32,000 bases of DNA from an archaeon (GTDB lineage: Archaea; Iainarchaeota; Iainarchaeia; Iainarchaeales; 1-14-0-10-31-34). Under the pieces are notes generated by a model, which did not search any database, was not told the DNA's origin, and saw only the letters and a program-made list of their open reading frames with translations. Shown one piece after another: positions 1-9,344 of the stretch (positions are counted from its first letter, which is position 1; the number at the start of each line of letters is the position of its first letter). A program made the position numbers and the translations under genes. The stretch lies in assembly GCA_024277355.1 (NCBI GenBank), contig JAJRVL010000004.1:300001-332000 (forward strand). Reading direction: 5' to 3'.

Positions 1-2
1 GA

Positions 3-1004
3 AATGACACTAACACAATTTACACCGAAGATTATAATTCAATTTTAGGAGGAGAAACAGCAGGAGGAGTAATTCAAAAAATTCACGAAGAAAAATTTGT
101 TATCTGCAGTACTCCAGGCCCAAGAAAAATAATTTATTATCTTAGTTCTTCTGCCGACTCAAAAACATATTTAGATATAGCAGACATTTATTTTTTAGAT
201 ATTAAATCTGAATTAAAAAACCCTTATTATGCAATAGCAGATTATAATACTCAAATAAATGGTTTAGGAATAGATAATGATTCTATAGTAAACATCCAGG
301 AATCAGTTTGGTATGCTTATGATGAAGACTGCGGACCAAAAGGAAGCATAAATACTTGGGAATTAGATAATCAAACAACAGTCTTTCTTCCTCCTGATTC
401 AAATGGTTCAGATACAAATACAACAGGAACAATTAACTGCACTACAACAGGAAAAAAAGCAATTAATTTAGTAGTAATTGCAGATAAAGAATTTTATTCA
501 GGATCAGGATTAAATATTTACATAAGAGGAGACACTTTTGTTAATGTAATAATTCCTGATTCATTAAGAATGGAATCATTTGAAATAGCACCATCAAAAG
601 TCAAAAAAGGAAACACCACAGAATTCATAGTAGTAGTTAAAAGCAAAGTAGAAGGAATGGACTTAAATATTGAAGTTGTATTTGATGTATTTGATGAAAC
701 AGGAGTTTTTATTGAATCAATTACAGTTCCAGGAATGGCTTTAGCTCAAGGGCAAACACAAATTAAAACTACTTATAATACTTCAGCATTAAACGAAAAA
801 ACTTCTTACAGAGTAACTGCAAAAGCATTTCTTTTATCAGGCTCTGGGCCAATACAAGACAAACAGCCAATAAATGACTTAGAAGAAAGATATTTCTGGG
901 TATTAGAAGAAAACAATAAACTTGAAACTCTGCCTGAAACAAATTATCTTTCAATAATAATATTATTAATTTCAGTAACTTTAATTCTAACAAAAAAAGA
1001 TTAA
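3..1004 (+). CDS. Secreted/extracellular protein with C-terminal transmembrane anchor, truncated by window start
   Basis: The frame of the 570..1004 ORF stays open back to position 3. Thr/Asn/Gly/Ser-rich beta-type sequence ends in hydrophobic helix YLSIIILLISVTLIL followed by KKD. Confidence 0.6.
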   Translation, partial: NDTNTIYTEDYNSILGGETAGGVIQKIHEEKFVICSTPGPRKIIYYLSSSADSKTYLDIADIYFLDIKSELKNPYYAIADYNTQINGLGIDNDSIVNIQESVWYAYDEDCGPKGSINTWELDNQTTVFLPPDSNGSDTNTTGTINCTTTGKKAINLVVIADKEFYSGSGLNIYIRGDTFVNVIIPDSLRMESFEIAPSKVKKGNTTEFIVVVKSKVEGMDLNIEVVFDVFDETGVFIESITVPGMALAQGQTQIKTTYNTSALNEKTSYRVTAKAFLLSGSGPIQDKQPINDLEERYFWVLEENNKLETLPETNYLSIIILLISVTLILTKKD

Positions 1005-1005
1005 T

Positions 1006-1563
1006 ATGAAAAAAGAATACAGAAGACAATTTTTACATTTCTTTTTCGGAAGCACCATAATAATCTTAATTGGATTAATTGGAACAAAAAATTTTATTGC
1101 ATTTAATTTACTAATTTTAATTACAGGTTATATTTTAGCACTAAAAATAAAAAAAGGACTAAAACTTCCAATAATAAAAGAATTCATTGATTATACAGAA
1201 AGAGAAACAGAAAAAGAACTCCCGGGAAAAGGCGCAATAACTTTTTTTATAGGAACATTAATTACATCAGTTTTATTTTACAACAATATTTTCATAGTTA
1301 TTGGAGGAGTTATTACCTTAGTTTTTGGAGACAGCATTTCAAATATTGCAGGAAAAACAATAGGCAAAATAAAAATACAAGACAAAACATTAGAAGGAAG
1401 TTTTGCAGGAATAATAATTTCATTTATTTATTTATCAATTTTATTTCCTTTTTCCACTGCATTAATTGCAGCAGTAATCGGAATGACAATGGAATACCTT
1501 CCAATAGAAGACAATTACACTATTCCAATTGCAACAGGAACAATATTAATGCTTTTAATTTAA
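1006..1563 (+). CDS. Dolichol/phytol kinase-like (CTP-dependent lipid kinase/cytidylyltransferase-like) membrane protein
   Basis: Polytopic; contains GDSISNIAGKTIGKIKI...DKTLEGSFAG, typical of the SEC59/phytol kinase-like family. Confidence 0.7.
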   Translation: MKKEYRRQFLHFFFGSTIIILIGLIGTKNFIAFNLLILITGYILALKIKKGLKLPIIKEFIDYTERETEKELPGKGAITFFIGTLITSVLFYNNIFIVIGGVITLVFGDSISNIAGKTIGKIKIQDKTLEGSFAGIIISFIYLSILFPFSTALIAAVIGMTMEYLPIEDNYTIPIATGTILMLLI

Positions 1564-1600
1564 AGAAAACTTAATAAGGATTATCTAATAAATTTAATTC

Positions 1601-1996
1601 ATGAATTCAATTAAAACAATTTTAGTTTTTCTAATTTTAGCAGTAATTTTTTCAGGATGTGTGCAGACAAACACAACAACAAACCAAAATAATTCAGACA
1701 CTACAAATAAATCAATGCAAAAAGAAATGAATGAAATGATGAACGAAATGCATGGATTTAATATAAAAGAAATAGCAAAACATAATTCAGAAAAAGACTG
1801 CTGGCTGTTAATTAATGGAAAAGTTTATGATGTAACCGGCTTTGAAGAAACTCACAGCGGAGGAAAAGCAATTCTTGAAGGATGCGGAAAAGATGCAACA
1901 GCATTATTTGAATCAAGACCAATGGGTTCAGGAACACCTCATTCAGACAACGCAAGAGAATTACTTTCAGAATTTTATATTGGAAACTTAAATTAA
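1601..1996 (+). CDS. Lipoprotein with cytochrome b5-like heme-binding domain
   Basis: Signal peptide with lipobox-like FSGC; cyt-b5-like core IAKHNSEKDCWLLINGKVYDVTGFEETHSGGKAILEGCGKDATALFE...HS. Confidence 0.8.
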   Translation: MNSIKTILVFLILAVIFSGCVQTNTTTNQNNSDTTNKSMQKEMNEMMNEMHGFNIKEIAKHNSEKDCWLLINGKVYDVTGFEETHSGGKAILEGCGKDATALFESRPMGSGTPHSDNARELLSEFYIGNLN

Positions 1997-2701
1997 ATAT
2001 TTCAAATAAACAAAATAAGCCAAAACAAAATACAATAAAATTAAAAAATAACCAATTAAAGCCCCTAAACCAGAAAAATTCTTTTTTTTTCTTTCAATAA
2101 TAAACCAGTAAAGTTCTCCAGTCAAAGCAAAAAAAGAAACAATTAACAAAAAATAACCGGCTAAATTCATTAAAGCAAAAGGATTAACCAGCAAAAAATG
2201 TCCAATTAAAGCCCAAAAAGAAAAATAAACTAATCTTTGAATTTTTTTCCAGTTAACGCCTAATTTTGCTACAGCAAAATCAGTTGAAATTAAACTTAAC
2301 AAAACTAAAATTCCTAAAGAAAAATACCCAAAAATTAAAGGATTAAAAAAAGGATTAAAAGAATAAAAAATCAAAGAAATATCAAAATTAAAAATAATAT
2401 TTAAGACCAGCAAAAAATGAATTAATCCAAATAAAGTTCCTGTAACCCCTAAACTTCTTCTTACAGTCCAATATTTCAATAAAGCAGGTTTAAACTTGAA
2501 AACAGAACTTGAAAGTAAAGACAAAGCAATAAAAGTTGCTCCACTAAAAGCAAAACTTCGAATTAAAGCATAATTAAATGAAGTAAAAGAAATAAAATAA
2601 AACTGATAAAAAAATTCAGTTAACCAAAACAAAACCGAAACAAAAACAAAAATTAAAACAAACTTCCAGTTCCTTATTGTGCCTTCAAACAATTTAACCA
2701 T
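1988..2701 (-). CDS. Polytopic membrane protein, ferric reductase-like/MsrQ-like transmembrane domain
   Basis: Motifs RRSLGVTGTLFGLIHFLL and LVYFSFWALIGHFLL with spaced membrane histidines. 3' end overlaps the cyt b5 gene by 9 nt. Confidence 0.5.
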   Translation of the reverse strand: MVKLFEGTIRNWKFVLIFVFVSVLFWLTEFFYQFYFISFTSFNYALIRSFAFSGATFIALSLLSSSVFKFKPALLKYWTVRRSLGVTGTLFGLIHFLLVLNIIFNFDISLIFYSFNPFFNPLIFGYFSLGILVLLSLISTDFAVAKLGVNWKKIQRLVYFSFWALIGHFLLVNPFALMNLAGYFLLIVSFFALTGELYWFIIERKKKNFSGLGALIGYFLILLYFVLAYFVYLKYLI

Positions 2702-2756
2702 GAAAACAAAAGAAAATAACTTAATTTAAGTTTTTCTTATTCTAATTAATACAAAA

Positions 2757-2977
2757 GGGCCCATAGTCTAGTGGATAGGACAGCAGCCTCCTAAACTTTT
2801 TTCGCAAAAAAGTTTAATCAAAAAAGCAAACTTTTCTGCGAAAAGTTTGTATACAAAAAATAATTTTGTTGCAACTTTAGGGAGAGGCAGTGCGACTTTA
2901 CGTCGCACATTTTGGCAACTTGCCTTTTCTTAAAAGGCAGAAAGCTGCGGACCCGAGTTCGACTCTCGGTGGGCCCG
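2757..2977 (+). tRNA. tRNA-Arg(CCU), intron-containing; exons 2757-2793 and 2943-2977
   Basis: Acceptor GGGCCCA/TGGGCCC + G73; D arm GTCT...GGAC; anticodon stem GCAGC/GCTGC, loop CT-CCT-A; T arm CCGAG-TTCGACT-CTCGG. Confidence 0.93.
2794..2942 (+). other. 149-nt intron of tRNA-Arg(CCU) at position 37/38, containing four perfect hairpins
   Basis: The mature tRNA folds only when this segment is removed. 3' side has GGCAG-AAA-GCTGC like a relaxed BHB motif. Confidence 0.8.
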
Positions 2978-3083
2978 TAAAAAGAATTTGTTTTCAAATG
3001 ACAGCAATCAAAAATCACTAGCAAGATACTAACAACAGGAATAGCAATAGCTAAAAAAAAATTGTAAAAATAAAAAAACAGCT

Positions 3084-3569
3084 TTATTTTTTGTTTAAGT
3101 TAAGTTTTGTAATAAAGCCACCGACTACACCAGCTATTGCACCTAATACTGCAAACAAAATAATATAAAAAACCAGACTACTTATCAGGCTGCCTACATC
3201 AAATTGATATGCTGTATTTCCAATTAAAGTATCTGCTTGATATACTTGATAAATTTCTGAGCTAATTGAATATATTACTGCAATAATAACGCCAAGGATA
3301 GCTCCAATCTTTGCTGTGTCAATTAGTTTACCATTGGCTTTTGATATAACATATCCAGACCAGATTACAAGCAAGATTACAATCACTGCTAACACATTAT
3401 CAACAACAGCCTTGTTATCCCAAAAAGAAACTGCTATAACATCAGATTCTGAATATTGGTTAAATCCAAGCATAAAAGGCAGAATTGATAAAGCAACTGC
3501 AATAACTACAACAACAACACAAGCAATCACTGGCAATTTTGCTGAACTAAAAAGTTTTGACAATTCCAA
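3084..3569 (-). CDS. Hypothetical polytopic membrane protein (about 4 TM helices)
   Basis: ORF with four hydrophobic segments; no recognised family. Confidence 0.55.
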   Translation of the reverse strand: MELSKLFSSAKLPVIACVVVVVIAVALSILPFMLGFNQYSESDVIAVSFWDNKAVVDNVLAVIVILLVIWSGYVISKANGKLIDTAKIGAILGVIIAVIYSISSEIYQVYQADTLIGNTAYQFDVGSLISSLVFYIILFAVLGAIAGVVGGFITKLNLNKK

Positions 3570-3760
3570 CTTATCACCGTTTAATATAAATAAAAGGAAG
3601 TATAAAAACTTTTTGGAAAAAAAACTTAAGTAAAACTAAAACTTTTAATTTACAGCAGTTATAAGCAAAATAAACCAAATAGACATTTGTCGAAAAAACA
3701 AGGGTTTTTAAATGACAATTGACGTAAAGGCTTTTTAAGTGTTTTTTTCTCATTTAATGC

Positions 3761-4462
3761 ATGGATAAACTTTCTTCTATTATGGCTGGCGAAATCTGCT
3801 TAAGCAAAGATCCAGGCGGATCAATGAAAAAATGGAGAGAAATTTTTGGTGTTTCTCAAACAGAATTAGCTGACTACTTAAAAGTAAGCCCTTCAACTAT
3901 ATCTGATTATGAAGGAGGCAGAAGAGAAAGCCCAGGAATAGGAATAGTAAAAAGATTAGTTAATGCATTAATTTTAATTGACGAAAAAAGAGGCGGAAAA
4001 GTAAAAAAACAATTAGAAAAAGATTTTACTCCGCCAAAAGAAGTTTTTGGAACAAGAGAATTTTATTCTTCAATTAAAGGATTATTATTTCTTAAAAAAA
4101 TTAACGGAAAAGTTGTAGCTAACCCAAGCAAATTAAAAGAAATAGTAATTTATGGTTATACTTTAATTGATTCATTAAAAGTTATTCTAAATATTCCTGT
4201 TCACGAATACATGCAGTTATACGGAAAGACACCTGAAAGAGCATTAATTTTTCAGTCAGTAGAAAACGGAAGAAGCCCAATGATTGCAGTGAAAATAGGA
4301 AGGTTTTCAACTGACATGAAACCATCAATAATAGTGCTGCATGGAGTAAAAAATGTTGATCCTTTAGCAATAAAAATAGCTGAAAGCGAAAAAATTCCTT
4401 TAATTATTTCAGATAAACCAATAGAAAAAATCATTGATTCATTAAAAGAATTTGAAGTTTAA
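3761..4462 (+). CDS. Archaeal XRE-type HTH transcriptional regulator
   Basis: N-terminal HTH: MKKWREIFGVSQTELADYLKVSPSTISDYEGGRRESPG, with a C-terminal archaeal-type domain. Confidence 0.85.
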   Translation: MDKLSSIMAGEICLSKDPGGSMKKWREIFGVSQTELADYLKVSPSTISDYEGGRRESPGIGIVKRLVNALILIDEKRGGKVKKQLEKDFTPPKEVFGTREFYSSIKGLLFLKKINGKVVANPSKLKEIVIYGYTLIDSLKVILNIPVHEYMQLYGKTPERALIFQSVENGRSPMIAVKIGRFSTDMKPSIIVLHGVKNVDPLAIKIAESEKIPLIISDKPIEKIIDSLKEFEV

Positions 4463-5157
4463 AATCTTACACAATAGGTATATCTTCTTTTTTCTTTTCC
4501 TGATTTATCGACTCCAACAACAGAAAAAGAACGGATTACTTTTGAATTATATTTTTTTGCAAGTTTTTCTGAAGAAATTTTTGCTGAACGATTAGAACTT
4601 AAAACTAAATCAAATCCTTTTCTGTTTTTTATTGTTTTAACTACTCTGGACAAAGGATCTTTTTTATTCATTTCAGAAATCAATAACTTAAATTCATTCA
4701 TAACTTTTTCTTGTTTTTCATTTTTTTCTTCAAATCTTGCCTGAATTGTTGCTTCAAAAAAATCAGAAGAAATTTTCATGCATGAATCACAAGTCCCTGA
4801 AGCAAACTGAAGTTTAATTACTCCTCTTAAACTTAAAAGATTATTTTCAATTAATCCTTTTACTTCAAGCAATGCATTAAAGTTTTTTTCATCTATTTCT
4901 TCTAATTCAATTTCAATATCCTGAACTTCAAAATCTTTTGATTTAACTTTTGATTTAACAAAATCAAGTAATTCCATTGAATCAAATTCAACCCAATGCC
5001 TTTGCACTTTAATTTTATTGCATTTTCTGCAGAACTCAAACTGAAGTTTATCAGGCAAAATAAGCAGTTTATTATCCTGTAAAAAACAGTTTTCACAGAA
5101 ACCTTTAATGAATATTCCTTCTTTTTTTCCGCATTTTGGACAAAATCTAAAACTCAT
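4459..5157 (-). CDS. NMD3-family zinc-binding protein (ribosome-associated)
   Basis: FCPKCGKKEGIFIKGFCENCF...FEFCRKCNKIKVQRHWV and later TCDSCMKISSDFFEATIQ. Confidence 0.85.
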   Translation of the reverse strand: MSFRFCPKCGKKEGIFIKGFCENCFLQDNKLLILPDKLQFEFCRKCNKIKVQRHWVEFDSMELLDFVKSKVKSKDFEVQDIEIELEEIDEKNFNALLEVKGLIENNLLSLRGVIKLQFASGTCDSCMKISSDFFEATIQARFEEKNEKQEKVMNEFKLLISEMNKKDPLSRVVKTIKNRKGFDLVLSSNRSAKISSEKLAKKYNSKVIRSFSVVGVDKSGKEKRRYTYCVRF

Positions 5158-5163
5158 AAAATA

Positions 5164-5958
5164 TCATTCCTTAAAATACAACAAAGGATTTAACACCATT
5201 GAATAAGTTGCTAAAACCGCAGTAATAATTCTTAATACAGCAAAAACAATTAAAGCTAAAATGCTTATTAATTCAGTTTCAGCAAAAGAAACAATAAAAG
5301 CAGAAATTAAACTTAAAATCAAAGCAATAAAAGTCCCAAAAGATGCTTCTTTAATATTTTTAAAAGACTTTTTTACTGCATTAAAAACAGAACTTAAACC
5401 TTTTTTTTCTATTGCTGCAACAGGATAAATAAAATAAAACAAAACTGTAACAATAAAAACTGCAATTAAAATAACTAAACCTGAAAGAACAGAAAAAAAC
5501 AAGTTATTCTGAACAAAAGAAAAAGAAAAAAAAGTTATAAAAGGAACAAGAATAATCATTGAAAGAATAAAAGCAAAAAGCACTGGAACAACAATTTTAG
5601 TGAAATTTTTTAGTACTTCTTTAATTGAAACTGAAACTGAAATACTTTTTTTATTTAAATAATTTTGTATCATTAAAGGATAAGCTGAATTAATAACTGA
5701 ATCAAACACAAAAAAAATAAAAGACAAAACAAGCAAAAAAACTGCTTCAGGAAAAATTTTATTTAACAAAAAAGTTTTTTCTTCTAAAGAAGAAAGCAAA
5801 TTAATTACCTGCATTTTTTTTAATAAATTCATAGCAAATAAAAGCATTAAACCCCAGACTAATGCAAGGAAAATTTTAGGAAAAAAAAGTTTTGGTTGTT
5901 TTTTTAAAACAATAAATGAATTTTTTAAAACTTCAATTAAAGAACTCATTTTAATCAA
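5164..5958 (-). CDS. Polytopic membrane protein of unknown function
   Basis: About six hydrophobic segments; overlaps the beta-CASP gene start by 8 nt (same operon). Confidence 0.6.
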   Translation of the reverse strand: MIKMSSLIEVLKNSFIVLKKQPKLFFPKIFLALVWGLMLLFAMNLLKKMQVINLLSSLEEKTFLLNKIFPEAVFLLVLSFIFFVFDSVINSAYPLMIQNYLNKKSISVSVSIKEVLKNFTKIVVPVLFAFILSMIILVPFITFFSFSFVQNNLFFSVLSGLVILIAVFIVTVLFYFIYPVAAIEKKGLSSVFNAVKKSFKNIKEASFGTFIALILSLISAFIVSFAETELISILALIVFAVLRIITAVLATYSMVLNPLLYFKE

Positions 5959-7225
5959 GTTTTATTTCCTGTCCTAATTTTGGCGCAACAGAATTAAAGC
6001 CTTCATTTTTCAGTCTTTTCTGGAAAACTTTTATTACTTTTTCATCTCCATGAACACAAATAATTTTTTCAGGGTTAGTTAATTTAGCTAATTCAATTAA
6101 TTCATCCTGTGAAGCATGAGCAGAAAAATCAAATTGTTTTACTTGATTTCTTACTTTAACTATTTCTCCATCTAAATCCACTATTCCTTTTTCCATTAAA
6201 GTTCTTCCATTAGTTCCTTCAACTTGATATCCAGTTAAAAAAATCTTTGATTTAGGGTCTTTATATAATTTTTTTAAATACCACATTACTGGACCTCCCT
6301 GAAGCATTCCAGCTGAAGTTACAATAACACAAGGCTTTTTTAAAACTGGATTTCTTCTTCCTTTTTTAATCCAGTTAGCTGAATGCAAGGCTTTTCCTAA
6401 CATTTTTGGGTTCTTTAAATGTTCAGGGAATTCAAGGGTTGTTCTTGCAACTCTTTGCCCCATTCCATCATAAAAAATATCTGCAGTAACTTTGTTTTCA
6501 TATAAAATATCAATTAATTCCTGACTTCTTCCAACAGCAAAAGCAGGAACAATTGCATGCCCGCCTTTATTTAGTGTTTCTTTTACTTCATCAACAAAAG
6601 ATTTTTCTAATTCTTTTCTGTTTCCATGATTTCTGTCACCATAAGTTGACTCAATAATCAATACATCAGTTTTACCTATTTTTTTGTCTGCTCCCTTAAA
6701 CATTCTTGTATCTTCTATTTTAAAGTCTCCTGAATAAACTACATCTTTTTTTTCTGATTCAACTTTAATCATTGAAGAACCCAAAATATGCCCTGCATCA
6801 AATAATTCAATTGAAGTGCTTTCAGATAAATTAACTTTTTTTCTGTAAGGCAAAGTAAAAGTAGATCTTTCTGTACTTCCTATATCTGCAGCAGAAAAAT
6901 GAGGAGTTACCCCTTCAATTCTGGCTATTTTTAATGAATCAGCCCACAAAATCTGGCTTAATTCCAAAGTAGGCAGAGTCATATAAACAAAAGAATTTGA
7001 CTGAGAAAATAATTCAGGTACAGCTCCAGAATGATCTAAATGAGCATGAGAAATAACTATTGCATCTAAATTTGTTTTTACAGGCAAAGGATATTCTATT
7101 TCATCGCTTCCTAATTTTATTCCTCTGTCTAAAAGAATTTTTTCTCCTACATCCAACAAAAAAGAACTTCTTCCAACTTCATTTGATGCACCTAAAGCAG
7201 TTAATTTACTCATAACAAAACACAA
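5951..7225 (-). CDS. Metallo-beta-lactamase/beta-CASP ribonuclease, aCPSF2/aRNase J-like
   Basis: HAHLDHSG, GHILGSSMI, ESTYGDRNHG, and C-terminal YQVEGTNGRTLMEKG...FDFSAHASQDEL...VHGDE motifs. Confidence 0.88.
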   Translation of the reverse strand: MCFVMSKLTALGASNEVGRSSFLLDVGEKILLDRGIKLGSDEIEYPLPVKTNLDAIVISHAHLDHSGAVPELFSQSNSFVYMTLPTLELSQILWADSLKIARIEGVTPHFSAADIGSTERSTFTLPYRKKVNLSESTSIELFDAGHILGSSMIKVESEKKDVVYSGDFKIEDTRMFKGADKKIGKTDVLIIESTYGDRNHGNRKELEKSFVDEVKETLNKGGHAIVPAFAVGRSQELIDILYENKVTADIFYDGMGQRVARTTLEFPEHLKNPKMLGKALHSANWIKKGRRNPVLKKPCVIVTSAGMLQGGPVMWYLKKLYKDPKSKIFLTGYQVEGTNGRTLMEKGIVDLDGEIVKVRNQVKQFDFSAHASQDELIELAKLTNPEKIICVHGDEKVIKVFQKRLKNEGFNSVAPKLGQEIKLD

Positions 7226-7313
7226 AAATTATCCTTAAATAAAAATAATGGTTTAAGTTTAAAAAAGAGTGTTTTGCACAAAATTTAAATTAATTAAAAC
7301 GCTTAATAATTGC

Positions 7314-7946
7314 ATGGATTTTATTGAATCAAAAAAATTACTTGAAAAATACAAAATAAAGTTTGTTAAAGGAAAATTAATTAAAAACAAAACAGAATTA
7401 ATTAATGCCTCAAAAAAAATTGGTTATCCTATTGCATTAAAAATTATTTCAAAACAAATTTCCCATAAAAGTGATGTTGGAGGAATAGCAGTAAATATCC
7501 AGAACGAAAAACAGGCAATAGAAAAATATAATTTAATTATGAAAAATGTAAAGAAAAAAATGCCAAAAGCAATAATACAGGGAATTTTTGTGCAAAAATT
7601 TATTTTAGGAAAACAAATTATTATTGGCGGAAAATATGACAGGCAGTTTGGCCCTACAATATTATTTGGTTTAGGGGGAATATTTGTTGAATTAATGAAA
7701 GATGTTTCATTAAGAATCTGTCCAATTACAAGAGATGACGCAAAACAAATGATTCAAGAAATAAAAGGTTACGCCATACTAAAAGGAACAAGAGGCGAAA
7801 AAGGAATTAATTTAAAAGAATTAGAAAATGTTTTAATAAAAGTAAATGATTTAATGATGAAAGAAAAAATAAAAGAATTAGACATTAATCCTTTAATCGC
7901 AGACGAAAAAGAAGTAATTGCAGTTGATGCAAGAGTGATTGAATGA
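7314..7946 (+). CDS. ATP-grasp domain, NDP-forming acyl-CoA synthetase beta-subunit-like
   Basis: GYPIALKIISKQISHKSDVGGIAVNI, FGPTILFGLGGIFVELMKDVSLRICPI, ELDINPLI. Start placed at internal Met (MDFIESKKLL); the supplied ORF starts at 7269. Confidence 0.8.
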   Translation: MDFIESKKLLEKYKIKFVKGKLIKNKTELINASKKIGYPIALKIISKQISHKSDVGGIAVNIQNEKQAIEKYNLIMKNVKKKMPKAIIQGIFVQKFILGKQIIIGGKYDRQFGPTILFGLGGIFVELMKDVSLRICPITRDDAKQMIQEIKGYAILKGTRGEKGINLKELENVLIKVNDLMMKEKIKELDINPLIADEKEVIAVDARVIE

Positions 7947-8793
7947 AAATTGAAATTGATTCTCCTGCAAAAATTAATTTAACTTTAGACATCATCAAAA
8001 AAAGAAAAGATAATTATCATGAATTAGAAATGATAATGCAGGAATTAGAATTAAAAGACAAAATTGAATTAAAAGAAATAAAAGAAAACACAATAAAAAT
8101 TAAATCTAATTCAAAACAAATTCCATTAAATGAAAAAAACCTTGTATGGAAAGCAGCAAAAAAATCAAAAAAAACAAAAAAATTGAAATAGGAATAGAAA
8201 TTTTTATTGACAAAAAGATTCCTGTTGCAGGAGGATTAGGCGGAGGAAGTTCTAATGCAGCAGCAGTAATTAAAGGATTAAACCAGTTATGGAATTTAAA
8301 AATGGAAAAAAAAGAAATGCAAGACATTGCAGAAGAAATCGGAATGGATGTAGCATTCTTTTTGCAAGGAAAAACTGCTTTTGCTTCAGGTAGAGGAGAA
8401 CAAATCAAGCAAATAAATTCTTTTCCTAAAACAAGAATTTTAATCTGCAATCCTGGAATTCCAGTTTCAACAAGAAACGCTTATTCAAATATAAACTATG
8501 AAAAATCAGGCAAAATTTTAGCTTCACAAAAAATGAAACAAGCAATAGAACAAAAAAAAGAAATAAAAGAATTAACTGAATTAATTCACAATGACTTTGA
8601 ATTTTCTGTTTTAAATTCTTTTCCTGAAATAAAAAAACTAAAAGAAGAAATGAAAGAAAATTCTTTTAATGTTTTAATGAGCGGTTCTGGAAGCACGGTT
8701 TTTTGTTTTCCTAAAACAGAAAAAGATTCAAAAGAATTAGCAGAAAAATTAAAACAAAAATATCCGGTTGTAATTGAAACATTTAGTGTTTAA
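7943..8793 (+). CDS. ispE: 4-diphosphocytidyl-2-C-methyl-D-erythritol kinase, split by a -1 frameshift (ORFs 7943..8191 and 8146..8793)
   Basis: First ORF MKIEIDSPAKINLTLDIIKKRKDNYHELEMIMQEL; second ORF PVAGGLGGGSSNAAAVIKGLN...DVAFFLQGKTAFASGRGE...SGSGSTVF. Parts are collinear but in different frames, with the junction in poly-A at 8167-8182. Confidence 0.88.
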
Positions 8794-8798
8794 GTTTT

Positions 8799-9056
8799 TT
8801 ATTTGTATATTTTATCATGATGAGCATAATCTTCTAACACAACAGTTTTTCCTTTAATAGAATAAACCAATACAAAACTTTTCAGAATATGAACTCTTCT
8901 TTTATTCTGTAATGGCTTTCTTAAAGGCTTAAATGTGAAAGGATTTTCAAGAATTTGTCTTATTTTATTTTTCACTGCTTTTTCATGCAAAGAATCTTTT
9001 TTTGCTATTTTTTCAAATATTTTATCAACATGCTTTTTTACTTCTAATTTATACAA
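8799..9056 (-). CDS. RelE/ParE-superfamily toxin
   Basis: Small basic protein: YKLEVKKHVDKIFEKIAKKD...ILENPFTFKPLRKPLQNKRRVHILKSFVLVYSIKGKTVVLEDYAHHDKIY, next to a small antitoxin-like ORF. Confidence 0.8.
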   Translation of the reverse strand: MYKLEVKKHVDKIFEKIAKKDSLHEKAVKNKIRQILENPFTFKPLRKPLQNKRRVHILKSFVLVYSIKGKTVVLEDYAHHDKIYK

Positions 9057-9062
9057 TTAAAA

Positions 9063-9305
9063 TCATCTCTTGCGAAGCTTTTCAAAATATTCATCAAGAC
9101 TTTTAACCTTAATTGTTTTTTCCTTCTCAATCATTTTCATTTTCTCAATATAATCAGTTCTTAATTCTGGTTCAAGCAATTCTTTTTCATATTCTTCAGC
9201 CATTTTATTTATTGCCTGGCTTTTATCCTTTAAATCATACTTTGCTTTAACCAGATTTATAACATGATTAGCTTCTTTATTTATTTTCACAATCGCAGTC
9301 GGCAC
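9063..9305 (-). CDS. Antitoxin-like partner of the RelE-type toxin
   Basis: 80-aa ORF upstream and same strand with a 6-nt gap; N-terminal DNA-binding-like and charged C-terminal region; GTG start. Confidence 0.7.
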   Translation of the reverse strand: MPTAIVKINKEANHVINLVKAKYDLKDKSQAINKMAEEYEKELLEPELRTDYIEKMKMIEKEKTIKVKSLDEYFEKLRKR

Positions 9306-9311
9306 ATTATC

Positions 9312-9344
9312 ACCATATTAATACCATATTAACATGATATTAAC
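9312..9344. repeat. Three tandem 11-bp repeats upstream of the TA pair
   Basis: ACCATATTAAT / ACCATATTAAC / ATGATATTAAC in register, starting 7 bp from the antitoxin start codon. Confidence 0.8.

Noticed and set aside
2818-3024. 68-aa ORF on minus strand overlapping the tRNA-Arg
   Set aside because: Entirely accounted for by the antisense of tRNA exon 2 and intron; needs a TTG start.
3611-3640. AAAAACTTTTTGGAAAAAAAACTT as another copy of the hairpin family
   Set aside because: The left arm matches but the right arm lacks the complementary AAAAAGTTT, so it does not form the family hairpin.
7943-8191. 82-aa protein as an independent gene
   Set aside because: It is the N-terminal part of IspE; motifs continue in the -1 frame at 8146..8793.
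8106-8450. Minus-strand ORF 8106..8450 spanning the ispE junction
   Set aside because: Antisense of ispE motifs (GGLGGGSSN read backwards as proline/alanine-rich); no independent support.
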